Source of the DNA: Rhizodiscina lignyota
Lineage: Eukaryota
Length of the DNA: 64,000 nt
Direction: 5' to 3'
Assembly: GCA_010015805.1 (NCBI GenBank)
Contig: ML978133.1
Span: 62,001 to 126,000, forward strand
Shown here: positions 36,877-49,579 of the stretch, one piece after another
How positions within the stretch are numbered: position 1 is the stretch's first letter
Layout of the letters: the number at the start of each line of letters is the position of its first letter
Program-made: the position numbers and the translations under genes
Notes under the pieces: model-generated
Databases searched by the model: none
The model's input: the letters and a program-made list of their open reading frames with translations, nothing else
What the model was told of the DNA's origin: nothing

Positions 36877-38595
36877 ATGAGAGCGTTCTCCACAAAGCTC
36901 AACCCAAACCGGGGAGCTGGCGCATTCGCCTCCCTCTCCGCCAGCGCATATGGACGAACGCCTGCGTACAGACGGATACCGACGAGAATACAGCAGTATT
37001 CGCAATCCTCCCTAGACTCTAGACTATCAACAAAGTCTCTAGATTATTCCTTCCTCTCTCCCTTTGCCCTCCGAAGCTCACTTCAACCGCACGATGTACT
37101 ATCTCGAACCACCGCTCTCTATGGCAGACATTTTCATTCGCGCCGGAATCTGGCTCAGGAGCCAAAGCTGAAGGATGAAAACCGACCTAATTTCTTCTCT
37201 GGCCAAGATGCCCAAAAGGAAGCAGGAGCATCTGAGAAGGCCACTTCCAACGAATCAACGGCAGAGGAGGCGAAGCCTGAATCCGAGACGAAGTCCTCAT
37301 CTGCTGAAGGCGAGCAGAAAGATGGTGAGGGCGAACAGAAGGAAGAGGGGAAGAAAGCGGAGCCCCCGCCACCTCCGCCGCATGGTGACAAGACTCCCTG
37401 GCAAGTTTTCACCGAAACTTTGCAGTCCGAGTTCAAAGCGTCCAAGGAATGGAATGAGTCCACCAAGGCGCTGTCTTCTGGCTACAATGACTTCACACAA
37501 AATGAAACCATCAAGAAAGTGCGCTCAGGATACTCCAGCGCGTCAGACGCGGCAGCTTCAACAACTTCTGCGGCGTTGAAGACCACTGGGAAGACACTGG
37601 GGCAGGCGGCCGCATGGACGTGGGATACACCGGTTGTTAAAGGTGTGCGCAAAGGCGTCAGTGCCGCAGGAAGCGGAATTGAGAAGATTACCAGACCGGT
37701 GAGAGAGACTGAGGCGTATAAGAACGTCAAAGATGTCATCGATGATGGTTCAAGTTCGCGGTACGGAGGATGGGCCGAGAAGGAAGAGAGAAGGGCTCGA
37801 AGAGAAGCACTGGAGAGGAAGAGTGGAAGAAGAAGTGGGGAAAAGATGGAAGAAGATCCTAAGTATGTTTCTCGCTATATTTTTTGAAGCAATGGGATTG
37901 GTCGCTAACAACATGACAGTGCTGGAACAAACGTCACACTGCACAAAGATGCCGCTTGGAAAGAGCAATGGCGAGATTTCCGCGACTCATCCCGTCTTAT
38001 GCAGTCCATCTTCTCTCTCCGTTCCACCTATCGCGAGTCCGAGAACCCCCTCGTCACAACAGCCCGCTCTATCTCTGACCGCGTCGCCGGCTTCTTCGCC
38101 GAGAACGAGACCGCGATGGTCATCAAAAAGTTCCGCGAGATGGATCCTGGATTCCAGCTCGAGCCCTTCCTGCAGGAGATGAGAGAGTATATATTACCCG
38201 AGGTTTTGGATGCATACGTTAAAGGCGACGTTGAGACACTAAAGCTATGGTTATCTGCTCCACAGTACCAAGTTTATGCAGCGTTGATGCAGCAATATAC
38301 CACTGCTGGACTGAAGTCTGATGGAAAGATACTCGACATTCGGCACGTCGATATTCTCTCGGCAAGGCTGCTGGATCCAGGTGAAGTGCCGGTATTCATC
38401 TTGACGGCAAGGACGCAGGAGGTCCACACATACCGGAACATTAAGTCTGGTGAACTGGCGGCCGGAATGGACGACAAAGTCCAACAAGTCACATACGCGA
38501 TTGGTGTTACGAGAGTGCCAGAGGACGTTAACAACCCTGAAACGAGAGGCTGGAGATTGATCGAGCTCCAGAAGAGTGCCAGAGACTACATATGA
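36877..38595 (+). CDS. TIM44: Mitochondrial import inner membrane translocase subunit Tim44
   Basis: Presequence, HGDKTPWQVF, intron 37863-37919, and the Tim44 domain (ILPEVLDAYVKGD...ETRGWRLIELQK). The choice of start ATG is inferred. Confidence 0.92.
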
Positions 38596-39447
38596 TCTCA
38601 TCCACACTATCTGCACGTCCATCTCTACCACCCTTTCGCTTCCATAGGAGCCTTTGCATCTCTTGGGACGATCACGGAGCGCGACTATACTCGCCAAACT
38701 TTCATTTTTCAACGCAACTCAGCATCGCAAGGCGCATGAGAATCTATTAATGGCATTTTGGATGGCCGGTTGGCTTTTCCTACCTCATGAGGAGTTGCAT
38801 ACCATTATCCATCTTCTCAGAAGATACCGAGCGCCTGACGACCTATTTCATGGAGACTAGCAGGCTCATGTTCAAACCCCAAAATTCTCCCCTCTTGTAT
38901 GATAGCCGCTTCGTTTCTTCATATGTATGAGAAATTGTGTCGGCGTTTCGCCGTCTGACTCTTACCGTAAAATCACCATCGAGTTCGAGCTTGTTGATCT
39001 TCATGACTTTGCTGCATGTCAGTTGCCTCTGCTATTGCTCTTGCTCAATTGCAACAGCTCCGACGCAAGCTAGGCGGTGTATAAAGTTTTTGTCGCCTTA
39101 AACTAAAACTTTGTGGCCTATTACTGGTTACCTAACCCTGTTGATGTGGCGTCCGGCTGAAACGCGTGAGCACGTGAATTGGCGTCAGAATTCAGATCTA
39201 CCTTTCCATCTAAATCTATATCCAGGTTAGCAACATCTCCCACGGCGCCCAGGGAGTAGGACGCGACCTCCTCAAGAGGGGTGCCCAGATAGAATCGAGT
39301 GCAAATGCATGGACTCTGTTCGCGCCTTATACGCAGATTCTTCGTTAAGGGTATGCGTTTCGTCTCGATTTGCTGCAAGTGATATCGAACGGACGGAACG
39401 CGTCGCCTTCATTCAATGGTTCTGGCCTCCAAGGTGCCGTGAACAGT

Positions 39448-40235
39448 ATGGGGATCAAAGAATGAGTCTTTTCGCAAAAGCTACTGAGATTATGCATCTA
39501 CTTACATATATTCAGTCTATGGAACCATCTTGGTGCAGGCGAGACACGCCCAATTGCGGAGTGGGCAGCGGAGCACTTTGAAAGGGCAGGACGGCCCTTG
39601 AGAATCGCAGTCGACGAGCCTCTTTGGCGCTACCAAAACTTATCAGAGGCGAAAGAAGCCGAGATCAAAAGGAGTGCGTGATTCCCTTCAATCATGGTAT
39701 ATCAATGCGAAGCTCTCTGACCCTCGCACAGCGAGCCCGGGCTCCCATCCAAGGGAGAAGCGCATCATCGAAAGAGTCGTGGACCTCTTGAAGCTCAATG
39801 TGCAGCTCCTATTCGTATTTGACGGACCACATAAGGCCAGAAAGATCCGCCGTGCCAACAGTGGTTACGTTGGCCAGCCCAGCAACGAGGCAATCCGCTT
39901 ACTCACGAACATCTTCGATTACATGGGCGTACCCTACCACAACGCACCCGGTGATGCGGAGGCTGAATGTGTGAGGTTGGAACAACTGGGTGTCGTTGAT
40001 GCAGTCTGGTCCGATGACAGTGATTGTCTTATGTTCGGATGTAGTACTTTGGTCAGGTTCAAAAGAATTCAACAGAATGGCAAGGAGATCAAAAGCAAGG
40101 ACGAAGTCATCATATACCGATCGGAAACAATCTACAGTCGCACGCAGCTCAATCGAGAGGCCATAATTCTCTATGCTTTAGTCGCGGGCTGCGACTTCAC
40201 CGATGGTCTGTTGAGCTGCGGCTCGTCTCTAGACT
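39448..40235 (+). pseudogene. Truncated XPG/Rad2-family nuclease (Yen1/GEN1-like)
   Basis: MGIKD|LWNHLG...RPLRIAVDE, LFVFDGP, APGDAEAEC, SDDSDCLMFG and VAGCDFTDGL. The intron-1 donor at 39462 reads ATGAGT instead of GTGAGT, and homology ends just after the H2TH region. Confidence 0.7.
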
Positions 40236-40851
40236 TGGATGGGATGGTGTATGATGGAGGGTGAGTGCCACTATGATGGGGCTCAAAGCACTAAGCAGAC
40301 CTGCGGAAATCGCCCTACAGAGCTCCGTAGTGAATGCCAAGGTAGAGGCTCTAGCCAGCGCCCATTTGAAAGTTCCTGAACTTCTTCTTAAATCGGGCAC
40401 ACAGTTTTTGGAACTAAAGCCCGAGGCGACGGTGAGCATTGACTCGATTTCGGACTTGAGCAATATCCCGACGTTCGTTCTCGCGCCAGTGTCAGGAAAA
40501 GGGAGGTACAATTCAGCCACAATGATATCCTAAAGCAGCCGAAATATAGTTTTTACATAATCTCGACGCAGCCTCTCAGATAATTAGCACTGATTTCCCG
40601 AATACAGGCGCCGCTATGGCATTCTGTGTCGAGGTGAACTGTATGGACCTGAATGCACGATGGGCCAGTGTCTGAAGATGCCCATGGCACCTTAGCGCGT
40701 GAGCACGTGCACTCGTGTATTATAGCATTCCCCTCCTTCAGAGTTCTCTTCCTTCAATCAATCCGCGATATTCGCCACTTCGTGCGCACTGTGTACCCCA
40801 ACAGCCGGTCTCTGCAACACGTTTCGAAGCCCATATATGGCAGTTTCCCCA

Positions 40852-41859
40852 TCAAGATGCCATATCCTTCTCACCAAAAAATTTAACCATCTCTCCCATT
40901 CTCGAATCCCAAAGATCTCTCAACTCCTGCGGACCAGTACTCCACCACTTCTCATGCAACGTCACGACCCCAGCCTTCCTATCCCTTTCACTTGGCCACG
41001 TTGTACTCCACTTCCAATTCAGCTCCCTCCACGGCATTGGTCCATTCCGTCTAAATACATAATTCAACAAGCTCTGCTCCATGGTGTACGGATCGAAGCG
41101 TCTCCAATGCTGCATGACGGATAGTAGATGCGTATAGATTTTCTTACTCGGAGCAGCGATCCAAAGTCCAGCACCGAAGTAGAGCGATTGCAGATTCGGG
41201 ATCGGATGGTCGCGCGCTCCTGTGTACCCGTTGTCGGACCGCGCTGCGAAGAGCCATTCCGAGGGAAGGGCCGCTTCGTCGGACTTCACCTTGACTTCTG
41301 GTGGCCACGAGAAAGTCGGCGACAGCGTCTTCACCTCTTCCTCCTGGAATATCGGATCCAGCGGCGCAAGAATGAGGTTGTCGGCATCGAGAAACAGGAT
41401 GCGCTGGAACTCCGTCATCTCAAAGATGCGCAACTTGGTGAATTGCTCTTTCCAGCGCCGCACGCTGGTACGGATCCACCATTTCACGGGGACATCGTCG
41501 ACTTCGACGATGGTGGCGCCGTCCTTTTGCAGGCGCTGTTTGTGCGATACAGGCACCGTGGACGAGCACACGACGAGGAAAGTACAGGTTTTGGTGTCGA
41601 TTTTTGTGTCTGGCGCGTGCAGAAATTGATACGTCAAGAGACGCGTCGCATTGAAGTATGCATCATCCGTCCCTTGACCGGTGAGAAAAGTCGTAATCGC
41701 GTAAGGCGTTGACGAAAGTGGCTCCGTGGAGTTAAAGAGCCGGTACGAGCTTCTCGTGCTATCTAAGGCAGCATTTGTGGTGCCGCGCGAGTGGAAGCCC
41801 AAGTAGAGGCTGGCGCATATCAGAATGAATAAAAGCAGCACTCTTGTCCTAATGAACAT
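40852..41859 (-). CDS. Glycosyltransferase family 8 (glycogenin-like), type II membrane protein
   Basis: N-terminal TM helix, FTKLRIFEMTEFQRILFLDAD (DxD motif), MEQSLLNYVFRR.GPMPW and LHEKWW. Confidence 0.88.
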   Translation of the reverse strand: MFIRTRVLLLFILICASLYLGFHSRGTTNAALDSTRSSYRLFNSTEPLSSTPYAITTFLTGQGTDDAYFNATRLLTYQFLHAPDTKIDTKTCTFLVVCSSTVPVSHKQRLQKDGATIVEVDDVPVKWWIRTSVRRWKEQFTKLRIFEMTEFQRILFLDADNLILAPLDPIFQEEEVKTLSPTFSWPPEVKVKSDEAALPSEWLFAARSDNGYTGARDHPIPNLQSLYFGAGLWIAAPSKKIYTHLLSVMQHWRRFDPYTMEQSLLNYVFRRNGPMPWRELNWKWSTTWPSERDRKAGVVTLHEKWWSTGPQELRDLWDSRMGEMVKFFGEKDMAS

Positions 41860-42208
41860 GACATTTGTTGAAGGTAAGGTAATGTGAAGCGTGAAGGAGT
41901 AAGGAGTCAACGTCCAAGGTCCCCTCTATCCAATGTCAGAGGGGAAATGAGGCCCGTGCCCCCCTGTTTTAAGTCTCGCAACAACCTTGCCACTTATCAT
42001 CTCAACACCTCAGGAATCCTGCTTTTATAAGCTCAATTCTGGGTTCTTTCACTTTATTCTTTTACATTTAATTCAACTCGTTGATAAGCAAGAGGCTGTT
42101 AATAGTATCGAAGGAGTGCGATTGTTGTTGTTTTCTATCTAAGAAGGCAGTAACGACTGGAACAAACTGAGGACCAGTAGCATTCGCTGGGTGCTCCTGT
42201 CATTACAA

Positions 42209-43167
42209 CTAGTTAGGCAGAGAGACGTCTGCGATAGGAGCACGTGCTAAATAGTTAACTGCCACAGAAACTGCGTTGGTAAGAGGACGGTTCCAGTCTC
42301 CATTCTCGCCCGAATATGTGATCGTTGCAGAACTGCCGCCGCTGAGATCGACTTCATACACATCTGTCCTGTCAATCACAGCCATCATTTTAGTGGACAA
42401 ATCGGCTTGGAACCAAAAAGCCACTCGCGGAAGTGGTTTGAGAGTAGCAAATCCCTTAGGAAGCTCAAACGGCGTGATGTAGACTTGACAGCACTGGTTA
42501 GCATTGACTCATTGAAAACCTGATCCCCGAAAACCGCGAGACTTACCAGGAGTCAACGCATTGGACACGTTCTGTAGGACTACCGCAGATGCCTTTACTT
42601 CGTTCCGGAATCCAAATCCATTGTTGGGAGACTTGGGGTCCTTGGCAACGTTATGGTCGGACCAGCTAGGAAGAGAGTATGTTTCTCCAAACGATATGGG
42701 GGCAGCGCCAGAGAGGCCGGTGATAGTGACTACATTTTCCATGTTAGTGTGGCTCATGATCCACGTACTACCATTTTATTGGACCTGGAAGAGCATATAG
42801 GGAAATATTCATGAGTTCGTTCGTGAGCACGTCTATCTTACCGCCATTCTGGAATGTCTGAGTGGAGCCTGTCATCTGGTAACTATCCGTCCAAGACGCT
42901 ATCATGGTTTCCGTAACCTCTAGAGACTGTTAGCGTATAAAAGTAACGCAAGACAAGACCCGTACTTCCGGTTGAAGCGATGATGTTATAGCTTGGGTCC
43001 CCGTTCTTATCGGCGAATGCCTTGGCCATAACGAGTTTCATGCCATTGTTGTTGAAATCGGTAACCCAATTTCCATCTGTTATATTCAGTATGGCATGCT
43101 CTTAGTTCTCATTGGATCGAACAAATCTCCACGTACCAATTTTAATGGTCACTTGGTAATCAGTCAT
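42209..43167 (-). CDS. Five-exon ~225-aa beta-rich hypothetical protein without signal peptide
   Basis: Manual splicing with GT-AG introns 43077-43136, 42920-42965, 42730-42841 and 42484-42546 gives one open frame: MTDYQVTIKIDGNWVTDFNNNGMKLVMAKAF...SWTDSYQM...ISFGETY...VAFWFQ...TITYSGENGDW... Confidence 0.75.
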
Positions 43168-44169
43168 GCTGGGTTATAGTAAAGCAATTAGAAAGGAGCT
43201 CCGAAGAGATAGGATAAGATTGTTTCGAGTCTGGATAGACAATTTCAAGTATGGCAAACAGACGGAGTTAAATACTGAGAAACATTTTCTACATACGCTT
43301 ATTGACATCTAGAACTTCACGGAACCACTGTTCGTTGCGCCCGATTCTGGAGCCCATTCTTTAGGTCGTCTCCTTCGCTGCGTTCATATCTTGTTGTCAT
43401 GTCTCATTCCGTCTTTGGAAAGCTGAATATCAGATCCTTCTTCACTCGCATGTCTCGGACCCTTTCTTGGTGATGTGTCTCAGTTCTTCCTTCACGATCC
43501 GCATCTTCGTTCCGCGTTCATATACGTGTCTCAGCCCTTTCCTTCCACTTCCTGAATTCCTTTCTTCATATGTCTTAGTTCGTCCTTCACTGACATGCTT
43601 CCATGAGTTGTCTTCGTTCACGTGCCTTAGACATATTTCCGTTTGCATGTCCCATTATCCAACATCCACTTTGCTCCTGTGTCTCAGACTCCTAGTTTCC
43701 TCTCTGTCTGCAATGTTTACATGTTCCAGCCCATTCTTCACATTGCATGTTTTTGTTGTGTTTTAAGAATATCTCTTGTTGTCCGACCATAGAAATGTGA
43801 CGTATGCATTCAGTGTCCAGCTGCTAACGTAGCTTTGATGAAAGTATCGCTAATAGAGCCGTTCTAGACCAGACTCTAGCCACAAACCGGTAAAATCCAG
43901 ACGTGAAATGGCCGGGGCACATTCCTTTCTTTGCCTTCCGAAAACTATTTCATCTTGTTTTCATGTACACCTCCCGGGTCGATGCTTCGGATCCTATCAT
44001 CTGCAACCACAAGAGTCCAAGGAACACTATTATATCTCCAGGTTTTCGATTTTATTATCCCAACAAGCAAGTTATATTACTGAACTTAAAACAAATACCT
44101 AATTATTGACATCTGGGTTTGTCTTGATCTTGGCGCAACGAATGTACTAGCTTCATTAGGTTTTCCATC

Positions 44170-46454
44170 ATGCCTCAGCTCGACATCACTTTTGTCAATG
44201 CGATTCCCGATTATTCGACCAGTAATCGAGAGGGGACAGTTAACTTTGCGAATACGACTGTAAACCTCTACAGCTCCCTCACTTCACCAAATTCTGAGGG
44301 AAATAGCGGTACTGCCTCCGCAAAATGTTGTACTTTGCAGCTCACGAAGAATAAGAAGCTGCCGATTTCTGTGTCTGGAGTTTGCGCCGACCTCGCATCA
44401 ACATTGAAGGGAGGTTTCGTCCTCCAAGCTCTTTGGAACAACCAAGTCTTCTTTACGACAGACGTGAAAGGCATTCCATCCCCTGGAGCCCCGGCGTTTC
44501 TTATCCCACCTGGAACACTTGACTGGGTACAACAGCCTCCACCTTTCCCATGCCGTCTTGGTGGCACTTGGACATGGACTGTTGGTCCACCCGGCGGTAG
44601 TATGTCCATCTCATCTCCTTGAGTTACGCATCCACTGACTGATTCACCACAGCTGTCACAGCGCGCTCTCAGGATATGTTACTGGAAATAATCTTCGTTT
44701 GGTCCGGGCCTCCCAGAGGCCCCATCAGTCCCCCACCACCTCCACCCAACGCTCTTGCAAGACCAGACTTCGGGAATGTCTATCCGGTGGATCTTTTCCG
44801 CTTGTTTCTCCCCAGCCCCAGCGAATTTCCACCATCATCGGTACCATTGTTGCCATGGTACCTCAAGCGTGTCGTGGATAAGGTTTGGAACCTTGGCCTC
44901 ACAGTGAATACGAATACGGCAGGCACACGCACAATCCAATACGAAGCTATACAAGGTCAATGTGGATATATCACTGGTGGAGAAGGAGGTGTTTTCCAAC
45001 TGAGTCGCTTCATGAAGACCTTTTTCGGGACAGTCAACTGCTACGATCTAGCTGGAATCGTGCAGCTCGCGATAGCTATGATCCAAAATCCGAATGGTAC
45101 TGAAACATTTGACTCCAGGTGGATCTTTTGCCGGAACTTTGGATACATCAACCCTGGCCCGCTCATAGGATGGCCACAGTATCCTGATTGCAACTCTCCG
45201 TTCTTTGCCAAGGGTTTGCCGCATTATAATGAGCCTCCCCAAAGTCCAGACCGGCAAGGGTTCGGGTTTCACGCCTGGATCGAAGTGAGCCCCAATCCGG
45301 CCTATCCAGCGAGGAGAACAGTCCTGGATGCCACGCATTGTTTGCAAGCCACCCCAAATTCGCCTTGTGATGGTACTCAGGAACGTACGCCATATCTTCA
45401 GGCTCAAATAGACCAGGCCAGGGGAAAATTTCAACAATTGTTTGGTAAGTCTGCAAGCAATTTGGTCTTCATTATATCTATTACATGCTCACTTAGGCAT
45501 GATAAACTCGCTTTTCAATAAGCTCTCCTCGTCTTCAATGGTGGGGTCTGTCCAGGGGCACATGGTGATGTCGTATCTACTTAGCGTCCATAGCTAACTC
45601 TGTCAGACTACAATCCAGCAACTCGTACCGATCAGATCGGCGTCACCACAATCGGCATCCTTCCTAATTTTGTAATGGAATTCCCGGTTTCCGGGGTGTT
45701 CGCAAACGCCGAGCTGCCAAATCTGGTCAATAACGCGCCTTGCGATGCTGCCACACTGTCCGCTCTCATAAAACACACTTTAGGGTCTGCAGAGATAAGT
45801 GACACTGATGTCACTGTTGGCTCCGCTGGTTGCCAAGTTCTTCTCAATGTGTCGGCCGCGGATACCTTCCATGGGCTATTGCACATCGATGTCTCCAGTT
45901 TCGAGAGTCCCGTAGATGCCATGAGTACCTTTGCTGGACGCAAAGCCTTCCTGGAGAAGATCATCTGCATAGAGGATCGTCATGTCGTCCAATCCCTTGG
46001 GAACGAAGCCATTCGAGCTCCCTTGATTATTCTGTGGCGACGCAACTGTGTCGTCTCGAGGGTCTTTGTTTCTCCTGACCCCGGAACGAATCTCGAAGGT
46101 ATCGAGGCAATGCTTGCGACAATTTCGCATTCCATAGACGATCATTTGAAAGGGAACGCAGTGACTCCAGGTCTTGAGCGACGCCCATCGCCAGCGCTGC
46201 GGGAGTCTCATAAAGTTGTGGCGACGGTATCGTCAATGATAACGCTCCACTTGGACGAATTGGCCGAGGCGCACGAAGTGTTGGTACCGGAGGTCGATGA
46301 TCGTTCGATCCTACTTCCATCTGGATTAGGGAAAGAAGATGGTACTTTTGACTTTTACGCGGTGGCTAAAGGGAGGACGAAAGCACGACTTTGTGCGGCT
46401 CATGCAAAGTCTCTTGCTGTGCATGTGACGGAAGTTGATGTCATAGTTCAGTAG
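44170..46454 (+). CDS. ~690-aa multidomain protein with a transglutaminase/papain-like Cys-His-Asp core
   Basis: Intron 44600-44652 and intron(s) 45445-45606 join three ORFs in frame. Motifs VNCYDLAG (Cys 45039), FGFHAWIEV (His 45270) and VLDATH (Asp 45327). Confidence 0.7.
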
Positions 46455-47227
46455 TTACTTCTATCGCTTTAATTCTTTGAGATCTTCGGCGTTCAAATAT
46501 TCGTAGTGCCTGCCGTCATTGCTCGCCAGCGACACGCCGAGGTGTCTACACACCAGCTCTCGATGACGTGCGCATCCAGTGATTGCAGCCGCAAGGCTTT
46601 GACTCAGCCATGTGACTGTCGAGTGCCTAAGGGTAACCTACGGAAAGACGAAATGCTGAAGTGAATGTAGGTGTCAGTGGTGGTGCTGCTTGACTGGAGT
46701 TCAAGTTATCCGAACTGTGACTAAGCAGCCCCTGAGCTGTGCCTCAATTTGCCAAGACTGAGATTGCCCAACCACAACTTCATGAAGTGGGCCTAGAACT
46801 AGCCAAATGTTCTATGAATGGAGAACTTCTGAGCCTCTATAACTCCAAGTCTCTATCACTCTGCATATATCCCTTGCATCTTTTAAGAATGGGTGTGGCC
46901 GTATCGACGAGGCGATTCAATGGCACCGTTGCCTTGCGGTTGACCGCGTCGGTGACCACGTCAGTGTAACAAGAGGCGAAATGGGCTTGGGCGAGACCCA
47001 AGATAAGCTGCGCTCTAGGAAAGATGGCCTGCAGAGATAATGCAGTCCTTTTTTGCCTTTCTATGCAGGGAGAGTCACCAATCGATGGATGGCTTGGAGG
47101 CGTGACTCCAGGACAGTTGCCTCGAGGGCGCCAAGTCTGGCGAGGCTGAGTGCAGAGTCCTGATACCTTATAATTGATGGGCGCTCGCATTTTACAGACT
47201 TATCAGCTTCCTGTTCAGCAACTCAGC

Positions 47228-48855
47228 ATGAACTCGACAATCGTGCCAGGATCGCCCGTGTCAGCTATGTTGCGGCATCCCTTCATTGGGATTATTGCGT
47301 GCAATATCCTTCTCGGAAATGTTTGGACGACAGTGGAGGAGTGCGAGCTTCTCTGTGGAGTGGGCTCGTATCCATACGAGATGTGGGAAGTCATCAACGC
47401 AGTCACAACGTGGATGCTGCCCCTTTTTGTGCTGGTAGGCAACGTGCAATTCTCCACCTTTCAGCTGGAAGCGTCGTGGAGGAGAGGTGGTGGGTGGGCC
47501 TGGGTACGCGACGCAGTACTTAGTCACATCTTCATCGCATGCCACTTGCTCGGCAATCCCATCGACTACATCTGGTCGCATCTCGAGAGGCTACAGGACA
47601 TGCGGCAGACGCGACTACAGGCAGAGGGAGATTACAACAGACCTATCATCTGCATAGCACTTCAAGACTTCGACAGCGAAGACATAGGTAATATTCGTGC
47701 CGCGTTGGAAAATCAGCTGGATGCAACTGTCGGCAGTCGAAAGCAGGCCAAGAGGCGTGCGAGGCTCCTTGCTGCATGCCAGCACTCAGCATTCCTACTC
47801 GCTCATACACGGATCAGCAGCACGCGGCGCTCTGCTGTTGCTGTCATTGCATACTCGGTTGCACTCTTCACGTCTCTCTCCTCGGCCATGGCGCAGAATC
47901 CGCTTCCAGTGCACACGCCGCACACGCTTGCATTGCGGGAGCTGTACTACTGGCTGATCATGGCGGTGGCAGTCAGTTCCTCTACGGGCGCATTCCCGAC
48001 CGAGTACACGGAGTGGGCGGCTCTGAAACCCGTCATTGACGTGGTTAAGAAGAGGAAGACTACGCTAGGCCGGGTCGTGTCGTTGGAAGGGGGGAGCTAT
48101 GGCCACCGGCCGCAGAAAAAGATGAACAGAGAGTCGTTTCCGCGACTGACGGTTGCAATGCTTTCAGTCGGGGTAGCGTGGGTGTTCTCCTTCATCATGA
48201 GCTGGATCACACCGACGCAGGGACTTGGGTGCCGCAACTTCGTTGAGATTGGGTACCTGTGCACATGGATTGTCAACTTTTTCTTCTCGTACTTCATTCA
48301 GCAAATGGCGAAGCACAAATGGCCTTGGTGGGTCCTCGCTTCGGATGTGATTGTGGCCGTTCCCAGCATTCTGTGCTTGTTTCTGGCATGGCAAGGTATG
48401 TGCTCTCTGTTCCTTCACCGCATCTCTGATCTGCATCTCAAACGTAGAAGGCCAAAGTATCCAAGCTGACTCTTGACCACTTAGGTTGGTTCAATAGTTG
48501 CAAATGCTGGGGCGCGTTCTGGACGCTTCGACAAGCACAGCACCATGATCCTAGCAGCCTCGCGGAGCAAGAACTCCAACTTAAGCCATGGTACTTTGGG
48601 CTCATCGCTGCTGCGCTGTGCCTCCAAGGGCTCATCTCGGTGGGCGTGCTGCTGTTCTATGGAGAGGAGCTGCGGTTGATTTATGGCAGGAGCGAAGGAT
48701 TTCTTCAATACATGGCGCGCAGCTCGCCGTCCAAAGATCAGTCCGAAAAGGTGTATCCGGTAAACGAAAATGAGCAACGACAAGAGAGACAGAGTGTGGA
48801 TGTCCAGCAGCTCGAGACGGCGAATGAAGGGAGCCGCTTGATGGAACCCGTTTGA
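47228..48855 (+). CDS. Multi-pass membrane protein of unknown function (fungal family)
   Basis: Several hydrophobic segments, TTWMLPLFVL.GN and WITPTQGLGCR. Intron 48396-48484 gives WQGWFNSCKCW. The start codon is uncertain. Confidence 0.7.
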
Positions 48856-49579
48856 CAGGAACAGGACGCCCTTCTGAGATGGCGTGTCTCGCGGTCATAC
48901 GTCATTACCCCAAGCTTTAAGCTAGTTTAAGCTACTGATGTTCAGAGACTCAAATAAAATAACATTGATACCAATCGCGATGCCGAAGTGGTCGCTAACA
49001 CAACACATGCTTGATACAAGTAATCGAGTCTTTGCTCTCCAGGGAGTTTCGACCTTCGCTTGATGAAAAACGATCGAGAGGTAGTTGCAGGTTGGCGGTC
49101 GATTGCGAAGCTTCGATGCTGGTATCGGGGACTTTGTAACACCCGCTCTCGCCGTTAATGTTGATAAAAATGTGCCAACATAGTGGGCTGGCAATAGGTG
49201 GCCTTAAGGATGCGTCCATAACTGCTGATGAAGGCGGGATTGCTCGGTTGAGAGCTTAATTCGATGTAAGAAAGCCTGAAGTTACACAATATATATTTAT
49301 GTTTGCTTATGGGTTTTAAGGTTTCAAGATAGTGCCCCTGGCAATTCCGAGCGAGAAATGACACCAGCTTCACCGATTCTTGAAAATTGATGAATATTTA
49401 GTATGGTACACTGGGCACCGAATGAGAGTGTCGCATTCTGATGCAACCTGACATCAGCCCACAGAGTATTTTGTGGACAGGTCCACTCCGTTGCGATGCT
49501 CCACAAAGACTTAAGCCAGCTTCAACCCAGTGGCGAGCATCTGCAACTACATGCCGCAAGCCGACATGACTCACTTCGA

